Shown one piece after another: positions 53,644 through 61,225 of a stretch of 61,225 nucleotides of DNA (its first letter is position 1; every line of letters begins with the position of its first letter). Source of the stretch: an uncultured Candidatus Saccharibacteria bacterium (lineage in GTDB: Bacteria > Patescibacteriota > Saccharimonadia > UBA4664 > CAZOQX01); contig CAZOQX010000004.1 in the NCBI GenBank assembly GCA_964582465.1, forward strand, positions 1 through 61,225, in the 5' to 3' direction. The notes under the pieces are model-generated. The model saw nothing but the letters and a program-made list of their open reading frames with translations, ran no database searches and was not told the origin of the DNA. A program made the translations under genes and the position numbers.

Positions 53644-54371
53644 TGGAAGAAAGTGCCGATTTTAAGAAAACTCCCTGGGGGGCGAGGCAGGCTATAACGG
53701 TATTTTTTTGGGCCTGGATCGGTGTACCACTGGGACTAATCCTACTCTTGCAGCAGGTTTCATTTGTCCCGGTGCTACATCATTTTGCCGATAGCCTTCG
53801 GCGATCAGACCTCACAGCAAGTTTTGAGCTGGTGATTATTAATGCCGTCGCTGCTGTCGGTTTCGTGGCCTATTACTTGTATCGCTACAAATTACGTTGG
53901 CGTGATTTGGGCTTACGTCGGTTTAACATTATCCGCGCGGTGGGATACGTGGTGCTGGCCTTCATTTTGCTATACGTGCTTGTGGGTGGTGCCTACAAGC
54001 TGATTGAGCTGATCTTCCCACACTTTAACTCCGCCCAGCCACAGGTAAATGAATTTACAAAAGCCACTACGCCCCAAGGTCGCGAGCTGAGTTTTATTGC
54101 CCTGGTGCTGATCCCGCCGGTGATCGAGGAAATTGTTTTTCGCGGCTTTATGTTCCCAGCTTTATCAAGGCGCTTTGGGGTGATTTTTGGCGCGATCGCT
54201 ACGAGTATTTTCTTCGGGATTGCGCATTTGCAATTAAACGTCAGCGTTTATACTATTATTCTTAGCTTGCTCTTGTGTGGGCTCTACTTGCGGCTCAGGA
54301 GTATCTGGCCAGGGGTAGTTTTCCATATGCTCAATAATTATCTAGCTTTTATGAGTTTGATGCACAAATGA
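53640..54371 (+). CDS. CPBP-family (CAAX) intramembrane metalloprotease
   Basis: EEIVFRG, FGIAH and HMLNN motifs. Confidence 0.88.
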   Translation: MMEESADFKKTPWGARQAITVFFWAWIGVPLGLILLLQQVSFVPVLHHFADSLRRSDLTASFELVIINAVAAVGFVAYYLYRYKLRWRDLGLRRFNIIRAVGYVVLAFILLYVLVGGAYKLIELIFPHFNSAQPQVNEFTKATTPQGRELSFIALVLIPPVIEEIVFRGFMFPALSRRFGVIFGAIATSIFFGIAHLQLNVSVYTIILSLLLCGLYLRLRSIWPGVVFHMLNNYLAFMSLMHK

Positions 54372-55807
54372 GTTACGACAAACAACTTCCATCTAAAGAA
54401 AAAGATCTATCAGGTTGGTATAACCGTCTGGTGCTCGAAGCCGAACTGGCTGACTATGGGCCAGCCAAGGGAACGATGATATTTAGGCCTTACGGATTTG
54501 CCCTTTGGGAGGAGGTTCGGCGGTACTTTGACCCAATTATTCGAGCCAAAGGTGTCGAGAATGCCTACTTCCCCTTATTTATCCCGGAGAGCTTGCTCAA
54601 AAAGGAAAAGGAGCATGTCGAAGGCTTCTCGCCAGAATTGGCTGTAGTAACAATTGGTGGTGGGGAAGAGCTAGAAGAAAAATTAGTGGTTCGACCCACC
54701 AGCGAAACTATTATGTATGAAGCTTATAGCCGTTGGGTGCAATCCTGGAGAGATTTGCCGCTTATGATCAATCAATGGAATAACGTGGTTCGCTGGGAAA
54801 AGCGTACCTACCTTTTTTTGCGTACGAGTGAGTTTTTATGGCAGGAGGGCCATACGGCGCACGCGAGTCACGGCGAGGCCCAAGAGATGCAAATGTGGGC
54901 TCTAAAGGCCTACGAAAAGCTTCATCTAGAACTACTGGCGGTGCCAGGGTATGCGGGCAAAAAATCCAATGCGGAAAAATTTGCTGGGGCCCAGGAGTCT
55001 TTAACTTTTGAAACGCTCATGCCTGGCGGTAAAGCCTTGCAGGGTAGCACGTCACATGATTTAGGTCAGAATTTCTCCAAGCCTTTTAATATACATTTCC
55101 AAAATCAGAAGGGCGACATAGAATATGCCTGGCAAACTAGCTGGGGGCTTTCCACCAGGACCCTAGGTGGTTTGATTATGACGCACGGAGATGATGCCGG
55201 CTTAGTCCTGCCCCCACGTCTTGCCCCGATTCAGGTCGTCATATTACCGGTTAAGCCGGACCCTAAGCTCTTAAAGTATGTCGAAGAAGTCGATAGGGTC
55301 TTGAAGGAAGCGGGTTTGCGCACGAAGATTGATGATCGGGCTGGCGAAAGTCTTGGTTTCAAGATTAATAAGTGGGAGCTAAGAGGGGTGCCAATCCGGC
55401 TCGAAGTCGGCGCGAAAGAGCTGAATGAACGTCAGCTGACGTTGGTGAGACGGCTCAAGAAAGCCGGTGAAGAAAAACAGGTTTTAGATTTTTCCGACCA
55501 GACTGCAATTCTCATCAACCGTGAGTTAGAGTCGATTCAGGACGATCTACTTTCAAGAGCCCGGAAGTTTTTGCATGAAAATACTCATGAAGTTGGAAAT
55601 TACGATGAGTTCAAAGAGATCATGAGAACCAAAAAGGGCTTTATTAAGGCTTTCTGGTGCGAGAATCCGGAGTGTGAGACCAAAATTCAAACTGAGACAA
55701 CGGCTACTACTAGGTGTTTGCCTCTGGATGCCAAAGAAGAAAAAGGAACCTGTGTGTATTGCAGCCAGCCGGCCAAACACCGTTGGTTATTCGCGCAGGC
55801 CTATTAA
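54368..55807 (+). CDS. proS: Prolyl-tRNA synthetase, archaeal/eukaryotic type
   Basis: 479 aa with no INS editing domain. C-terminal Zn-binding domain ending in Tyr (..FAQAY). Confidence 0.95.
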   Translation: MSYDKQLPSKEKDLSGWYNRLVLEAELADYGPAKGTMIFRPYGFALWEEVRRYFDPIIRAKGVENAYFPLFIPESLLKKEKEHVEGFSPELAVVTIGGGEELEEKLVVRPTSETIMYEAYSRWVQSWRDLPLMINQWNNVVRWEKRTYLFLRTSEFLWQEGHTAHASHGEAQEMQMWALKAYEKLHLELLAVPGYAGKKSNAEKFAGAQESLTFETLMPGGKALQGSTSHDLGQNFSKPFNIHFQNQKGDIEYAWQTSWGLSTRTLGGLIMTHGDDAGLVLPPRLAPIQVVILPVKPDPKLLKYVEEVDRVLKEAGLRTKIDDRAGESLGFKINKWELRGVPIRLEVGAKELNERQLTLVRRLKKAGEEKQVLDFSDQTAILINRELESIQDDLLSRARKFLHENTHEVGNYDEFKEIMRTKKGFIKAFWCENPECETKIQTETTATTRCLPLDAKEEKGTCVYCSQPAKHRWLFAQAY

Positions 55808-55880
55808 AGTTTAGAGTTACTTTATTGTTCAGTGCCTCTGGCAGTCGATGCAGACGACCGTTTGTACACATTTTTTATCC

Positions 55881-55910
55881 TTGCGACAGATAAACGTAAG
55901 CTGTTAGACT
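55881..55910 (+). promoter_or_regulatory. Sigma70-type promoter for mreBCD-pbp2 operon
   Basis: TTGCGA, 18-nt spacer containing ATAAACGTAAGC, TAGACT. Confidence 0.45.
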
Positions 55911-55938
55911 AGCATAAGTGGCAAGGATGCGGCTTTAA

Positions 55939-57000
55939 ATGATTGGTCGAGTGCTTACTAGATTTTCTCATGATATTGGGATCGATTTGGGTACGGCAAA
56001 TACTCTTGTCTACGTGCGTGGCAAGGGTATTTTGATTAATGAGCCCAGTGTTGTGGCCATAAACACCAGGAGTAATCAGGTGCTCGCCATTGGTGACGAA
56101 GCCAAAAAGATGGTTGGGAAGACTCCCGCTAGCATTGTGGCGCATCGGCCGCTGGTCGATGGCGTGGTGAGTGATTTCGAAGTGACCGAGCAGATGTTGC
56201 GTTATTTCATTTCCAAGGTGCAGCAAACCCATTTTTCACTACTAGCCAAACCCCGTGTGGTTATCGGTATTCCTTCGGGAGTAACCGAGGTGGAGAAGCG
56301 GGCAGTCGAAGATGCTGCTGCTAGCGCTGGAGCGCGTCAAACTTTCTTGGTAGAGGAGCCCATGGCGGCCGCCATCGGCAGCCGTTTGCCTATCCAGGAG
56401 GCTGCTGGCAACATGATTGTTGATATTGGTGGTGGTACAACCGAGGTAGCGGTGATTTCACTGGGCGGTATTGTGGTGTCGCGGTCACTACGAGTGGCGG
56501 GCGATGAGCTTAATGAGGACATTGTGCAGTACGCCCGTGAAGAATTTGGCTTGCACATTGGAGAACGATCGGCGGAAAATATTAAAATCGCTATCGGCAC
56601 GGCCTACCCCCTGGAGATTGATCATGAAGTGCCAATGCGTGGTCGTGATTTGGTGACTGGCTTGCCCAAGGAGGTAATGGTCAATTCCGACCACGTGCGG
56701 GCGGCTTTGCAAAAAAGCGTGGCAGCAATTATTGATGCCATTAAACTCACGATTGAAGAGACACCTCCGGAGTTGCTCTCCGACATCATGGATCGTGGCA
56801 TCGTACTGGCGGGCGGTGGCGCGCTTTTGAAAGGCCTGGATTTAATAATTCACCGCGAAACCAAAATGCCCGTGGTGGTAGCTGATGATCCGCTAACTGC
56901 GGTAGTGCGCGGTACGGGGCTTGTGCTCGAGGATTTGGATAGTCTCAAAGACGTCTTAATTTCCACCCAAACCGATAAGGTGCCAAGAATCAATGCGTAA
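55939..57000 (+). CDS. mreB: Rod shape-determining protein MreB
   Basis: Actin-fold motifs (GIDLGTANT, DIGGGTTEVA, LAGGGALL). Confidence 0.97.
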   Translation: MIGRVLTRFSHDIGIDLGTANTLVYVRGKGILINEPSVVAINTRSNQVLAIGDEAKKMVGKTPASIVAHRPLVDGVVSDFEVTEQMLRYFISKVQQTHFSLLAKPRVVIGIPSGVTEVEKRAVEDAAASAGARQTFLVEEPMAAAIGSRLPIQEAAGNMIVDIGGGTTEVAVISLGGIVVSRSLRVAGDELNEDIVQYAREEFGLHIGERSAENIKIAIGTAYPLEIDHEVPMRGRDLVTGLPKEVMVNSDHVRAALQKSVAAIIDAIKLTIEETPPELLSDIMDRGIVLAGGGALLKGLDLIIHRETKMPVVVADDPLTAVVRGTGLVLEDLDSLKDVLISTQTDKVPRINA

Positions 57001-57787
57001 AAATCCGGCCATTAAAATTTTGTTAATTGTATTTGCCGGCGCCTTGGTGGTGATTTTAGTGCTAGTCGGCTGGCTGAGACCATTTGCTCAGTCGGTCAGC
57101 AGCACTCAGACGATGACTGGTGTACGGCTTAATAGTACCGGTTTGGCGCTCGGGGACTGGTTTAGAGCTTTCGGCCAGGCTAAATCCTTAGCCAAGCGTA
57201 ACCAGCAGCTCGAACAAGAAGTAAGCGAGCTCAAGCAGGAGTTGGCCCAGGCTCAAGAAATTAATTCAGCCAACCAGCAACTTGCAGTCGAGCTCAAGCA
57301 AGACCAAAGCTTTGGCCGTAAATTTGTAGCTGCCCAGGTCGTAGCCTATCAGCCGGATAGCTTTAGGCAATATCTGACGATTAATCGCGGGGCGAAAGAG
57401 GGAATTGCTGTGGGACAGGCAGTCATCGAGCGTGGCGGGTTGGTGGGCCGAATCGATAGCACAAGCCTCCATAGCGCGAAAGTATTCTTACTCTCTGATC
57501 CCAATTTCAAGATTAGCGCCATTGATCAGGTGACTCGGGCGAGCGGGACCGCCCATGGCCAAATCGGCGCCGGATTGGTGCTCGAGAAAGTGGCTCAAAG
57601 TGATATCTTGCATGAGAAGGATGCCGTGATTACATCTGGGCTAGGCGGCGATGTGCCGGCCGGGCTCCTCATTGGTACCATTGAGCAGGTGCGGCCCGAT
57701 CAGAACGGTGTATTTCAACTGGCTCGGATTATCTCCGCTGTAAAATTTGATCACCTTACTATGGTACTGGTGGTGACAGAGCCATGA
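56993..57787 (+). CDS. mreC: Rod shape-determining protein MreC
   Basis: N-terminal TM segment, a coiled coil, then beta domains (GLVGRI, TSGLGG.P.G). Sits in the operon position after mreB. Confidence 0.88.
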   Translation: MRKNPAIKILLIVFAGALVVILVLVGWLRPFAQSVSSTQTMTGVRLNSTGLALGDWFRAFGQAKSLAKRNQQLEQEVSELKQELAQAQEINSANQQLAVELKQDQSFGRKFVAAQVVAYQPDSFRQYLTINRGAKEGIAVGQAVIERGGLVGRIDSTSLHSAKVFLLSDPNFKISAIDQVTRASGTAHGQIGAGLVLEKVAQSDILHEKDAVITSGLGGDVPAGLLIGTIEQVRPDQNGVFQLARIISAVKFDHLTMVLVVTEP

Positions 57788-58284
57788 AATGGTGGATCTC
57801 CTGGCCGTTGGTACTTATTTGCTTTACGTTGCAGGTTAGCTTTTTGGCGGCGCTACGGCCGTTTGGAGTTGTGCCTAACCTGATTTTGGTAGCTCTGCTT
57901 GCTGTCGGTGCGTGGCAACGAGCATCGGTTAGCGTGGCTCAAGCTGTAGTGGTAGGTTTGCTCACCGACTTAGTATCGGGTGCGGACTTTGGTCTACGTA
58001 CGGCCTTTTTTACGCTCGCTGCTCTCAGCTTAGTGGCACTTCGGCAATTTGGATTTGAGCTTGAGCGCCTAAGTCTTACCCTGACCTGGCTGGTAATCGC
58101 CACGCTGCTTTTTAATACCAGCATTTTGGCAGGCGTTTGGCTGCGCCATGGCCTAATCGGTTGGGGGACAGCGCTGGCGCGTGGACTCGTTGAAGCCCTA
58201 ATCAATATTATTCTGGCAGTACTTCTAATTACGTTAGTACGCTGGATTAGTAAGGGCCGGGCCGGGCGGCCACATCATGCCTAA
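57784..58284 (+). CDS. mreD: Rod shape-determining protein MreD
   Basis: 166-aa polytopic membrane protein between mreC and pbp2. Confidence 0.75.
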   Translation: MKWWISWPLVLICFTLQVSFLAALRPFGVVPNLILVALLAVGAWQRASVSVAQAVVVGLLTDLVSGADFGLRTAFFTLAALSLVALRQFGFELERLSLTLTWLVIATLLFNTSILAGVWLRHGLIGWGTALARGLVEALINIILAVLLITLVRWISKGRAGRPHHA

Positions 58285-60238
58285 GGCTCGCGGCGCTAAG
58301 TTTAGTTATGATTCTGAGTTAGTTCAGGCTAGCAAGCAGTTGAAACGTCAGGCGACTAAGGCTGAGCAGTGGGTGGAAACGCTCTTACCGGCCGAGGCGG
58401 GAGCGCCCAAGCTGACTGGCGAGGTGAATAAACGCCCGTTAGCCTATTTGCTTGCAGCTATTGCGCTTACGAGCGTGGTTCTGGCACTGCGCTTGGCCGG
58501 CTTACAAATTTTGCACGGTAACAGCAATTTAAATCTTGCCAACGGTAACCGAATTCGCGAACGCGTTACCTACGCTCCGCGAGGACTAATTTACGATCGC
58601 AATCATCAGATTTTAGTAAATAACGTGGCCGGATTTGATGTCACAATTGTGCCCAGCCAGCTGCCCAGGGCGGTACCCGAAAAGGAGGTGCTTTATGCGC
58701 GATTAGGCGGCCTGCTCGGGCTCCCAGCTGCGGATGTAAAGGCTAAGGCTGAAGTCCCAGCACCTTCATCGAACCAGGGTGTACTTATAGCCAGCAACAT
58801 TTCGCGTGATCAGGCCTTACTCGTCGATCAGGATTCTACGAAGCTGCCGGGTGTCAGCCTAGATGTGAACCCAATCCGCCAGTACGCCGATAATTCGCTT
58901 TCACAATTTCTCGGGTATGTCGGCCGGGTTAGTAACGCCGATCTTAAAGTGCGGAATACTTATTTGCCCACCGATTACATTGGCAAGTTGGGAATTGAAT
59001 TGCAATACGAGTGGGCGCTCAAAGGCAAAAATGGCGGCCAGCAGACCGAAGTTGACGCTTCGGGCCGGCCAGTCCGATTGCTGGCCGACCAACCGGCCCG
59101 GGCGGGTAATAATCTAACTCTAACTATCGACGAAGGCTTGCAGCAGAAGCTAACTGAGGCACTTCAGAAACAGGCTGAGGCGGCGCACAGCCCAAAGGCC
59201 GCTGCTGTGGCAGTTAATCCAAAGACTGGCGAAGTTTTAGCGGCGATTAGCTTGCCCAACTACGACAACAACCTGTTTGCCAAGGGTATTTCCTCGGCCG
59301 ACTATACTAAGCTTTTAGCTGACTCAGGTCAGCCCTTGTTTAATAAAGCTATAAACGGTGGCTATCCGAGCGGCTCGATTATTAAGCCGATTGTGGCCGC
59401 GGCGGCGCTTGATGAACGCGTGGTAACGCCGCAAACAGTAATTGTAGACAAGGGGCAACTTGATATTCCCAACCCCTACGACCCGAAGGTAACTTACACT
59501 TTTCATGGCTGGGAGCATAGTGGACTGGGCTCGATGAATATCTTTAGCGCCCTTGCCATGAGTTCCGACATCTATTTTTACACTGTGGCGGGCGGCTATG
59601 GGCCATTTCGCGGGTTGGGAGTCGGCAAGCTTACTTCGTATTATGCGCGTTTTGGGTTAGGCCAAAAGACTGGCATCGATTTGCCTGAGGAGGCGAGTGG
59701 CCGCGTGCCCACACCGAGCTGGAAGCAGCGTGTCATTCATGAGGGGTGGTATACCGGTGATACTTATAACATCTCGGTTGGTCAGGGCGACATCTTGGTA
59801 TCTCCGCTTCAGATGGCCATGGCGACGGCGGCGGTGGCAAATGGCGGTACGCTATATAAGCCCTACCTGGTTCAGCAGGTTACAGCGCTGGATGGGCAAG
59901 TGGTAAAAAAATATCAGCCCACGATTGTTCGTTCTAACCTAGCTACGCCGGAATCTCTGGCGATTGTGCGCCAAGGCATGCGCCAAGCCGTGCAAAGCGG
60001 TACAGCTTGTTGTGTATTGGATAAGGAAGTGTCTGTGGCGGTCGCCGGTAAGACAGGTACAGCCGAAACTGATCCGGGCAAACGGGCTCCAGAGGCGTGG
60101 TTTACCTCGTTTGCTCCCTATGATGATCCTAAGATCGTGGTAGTGGCGCTGGTAGAGAATGCAGGTGAAGGGGCCGAATATGCCGTTCCCGCGGTACGAG
60201 AAACTTTGGCTTGGTATTTCAACAATCGCCCACATTAA
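58277..60238 (+). CDS. mrdA: Penicillin-binding protein 2 (elongasome transpeptidase)
   Basis: SxxK (GSIIKP), SxD/N (SSD), KTGT (GKTGTAE). Confidence 0.94.
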   Translation: MPKARGAKFSYDSELVQASKQLKRQATKAEQWVETLLPAEAGAPKLTGEVNKRPLAYLLAAIALTSVVLALRLAGLQILHGNSNLNLANGNRIRERVTYAPRGLIYDRNHQILVNNVAGFDVTIVPSQLPRAVPEKEVLYARLGGLLGLPAADVKAKAEVPAPSSNQGVLIASNISRDQALLVDQDSTKLPGVSLDVNPIRQYADNSLSQFLGYVGRVSNADLKVRNTYLPTDYIGKLGIELQYEWALKGKNGGQQTEVDASGRPVRLLADQPARAGNNLTLTIDEGLQQKLTEALQKQAEAAHSPKAAAVAVNPKTGEVLAAISLPNYDNNLFAKGISSADYTKLLADSGQPLFNKAINGGYPSGSIIKPIVAAAALDERVVTPQTVIVDKGQLDIPNPYDPKVTYTFHGWEHSGLGSMNIFSALAMSSDIYFYTVAGGYGPFRGLGVGKLTSYYARFGLGQKTGIDLPEEASGRVPTPSWKQRVIHEGWYTGDTYNISVGQGDILVSPLQMAMATAAVANGGTLYKPYLVQQVTALDGQVVKKYQPTIVRSNLATPESLAIVRQGMRQAVQSGTACCVLDKEVSVAVAGKTGTAETDPGKRAPEAWFTSFAPYDDPKIVVVALVENAGEGAEYAVPAVRETLAWYFNNRPH

Positions 60239-60362
60239 GTCACAAATGTTAATCATGATTGACACCAAAATGGTATTGACGTTCGGGTCAACTTGCGCAA
60301 AAATCAAGTGACGCTCTTAATGGGCGCTCTTCATTTTTGAGGGAAATTTGGGAGGAGAATAT

Positions 60363-60833
60363 ATGAACCCAGCAGCAAAATCTTTTTACCTAACTAAAGA
60401 AGGCATCCAGAAACTCCAGGCCGAATTAGACGATTTAGTGAAAAACCAACGCCCCAAGATTGCCGAAGCGTTGAAGGAAGCTAAGGAGTTCGGCGATCTA
60501 GCGGAAAATGCTTCTTTTGATGCAACCAAGGATAACCAAGCTTTCGTCGAGGGCCGGATTAACGAAATTGAGCACATCTTAAAACACGCCGAAGTTATTG
60601 AATCGCCGCGAGTGAAGAGTCAGGTTAACTTAGGTTCGACTGTGCACCTGGAGCTGGAGAGCGGTATTCACAAGTACACTATTGTGGGCTCAACCGAGGC
60701 TGACCCGGCCAACGGCATGATTTCCAACGAATCGCCAATCGGCAAAGCTCTGATTGGCCGCAAGGTGGGTGAGGAAATCGAAGTCGAAATTCCTTCCGGT
60801 ACTACCACCTACAAAGTCATTCGTATCGAATAA
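60363..60833 (+). CDS. greA: Transcription elongation factor GreA
   Basis: ATG 60363 after GGGAGGAG. The coiled-coil N-domain carries the acidic tip (GDLAENASFD). Confidence 0.93.
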   Translation: MNPAAKSFYLTKEGIQKLQAELDDLVKNQRPKIAEALKEAKEFGDLAENASFDATKDNQAFVEGRINEIEHILKHAEVIESPRVKSQVNLGSTVHLELESGIHKYTIVGSTEADPANGMISNESPIGKALIGRKVGEEIEVEIPSGTTTYKVIRIE

Positions 60834-60873
60834 CAGCTACCCGTTTAAACTGCTAACTTGTAGAATAAAGGCA

Positions 60874-61225
60874 TGGTTAAAACTGATCAGGCTGCCTCTA
60901 GCCGTTTTTGGTTGGACTTAGTCGCAAAGGAAATAGTCGCCCATCATCCCGAGGGTGAAATTCTAGTCGAATCAGGTCATTCGCCGTCTGGTCGATATCA
61001 TGTTGGTTTCTTGCGGGAAGTTATAACAGCTAGCGCCTTGGCTTATGCAATTCGCAAGCAGGGTCGCCAGGCCCGCCATATTGATTTCGTGGATGATTTT
61101 GATGTCTTAAGAAAAATCCCTGCGGATGTGCCACCTGAATTCGAGAAGTATTTAGGCCAACCGCTCTACATTGTCCCTGATCCTTTCGAATGCCACCAAA
61201 GCTACGGGGATCATTACTTGGCTGA
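60874..61225 (+). CDS. lysK: Lysyl-tRNA synthetase, class I (5' part, truncated by window end)
   Basis: My own translation from ATG 60874 gives MVKTDQAASSRFWLDLVAKEIV...ESGHSPSGRYHVGFLREV. The class I LysRS HIGH region (SG.SPSG..H.G..RE) is present, and the reading frame is open to the window end. Confidence 0.8.

Noticed and set aside
60259-60304. Palindrome TTGAC-GTTCGG-GTCAA and nearby TTGACA upstream of greA, considered as an operator or promoter.
   Set aside because: It has only 5-bp arms, and the candidate -10 (AAAAAT) is weak. This is not enough evidence to call a feature.

Overview
This is a gene-dense (about 90% coding), mostly housekeeping chromosomal window. Gene content suggests a small-genome Patescibacteria/CPR bacterium, probably Saccharibacteria-like; that placement is an inference, not a database result. 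The supporting traits are type-2 IleRS, archaeal-type ProRS, class I LysRS, a short EF-Ts, r-proteins with low-complexity tails, and an infB operon lacking nusA and truB.

The window opens with the 3' end of a 23S rRNA and a 5S rRNA. After that come about 75 CDS:
- a small stress-protein locus
- rpsA-ylxR-infB-rbfA
- fmt-def-priA
- secDF
- recJ-rel-hisS
- rpsU-ybeY-dgkA-adk-map
- ftsA-ftsZ
- nrdR-nrdJ
- ileS-SEDS
- rplU-parAB
- lepB, an LCP protein, htrA
- prmC-prfA-rpmE
- rpsB-tsf-frr-uppS-rseP
- proS
- mreBCD-pbp2
- greA and the start of class I lysS

I saw no tRNA, CRISPR array, transposase or integrase.

The most striking signal is compositional. Four sharply bounded GC-rich, G/C-ending-codon cassettes sit in a background of roughly 50% GC (eyeball estimates only): about 3591-4124, 14647-15370, 31660-34683 and 45575-47060. 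The largest carries the B12-dependent ribonucleotide reductase nrdJ, directly behind a compositionally native nrdR. Another carries a roughly 198-aa protein with beta-sliding-clamp motifs at about half the normal clamp length, plus an orphan membrane protein. The pattern fits repeated gene capture from a high-GC (Actinobacteria-like) donor, each cassette expressed from a native AT-rich promoter.

Secondary observations:
- a recurrent extended promoter motif (ATAAAAGTRTTGACA, with AACGTAAGC in the spacer)
- a structured 5' leader ahead of a sortase-substrate-like S/T/Q-rich surface protein
- a Cys-less thioredoxin-fold gene after nrdJ
- several orphan genes inside conserved operons
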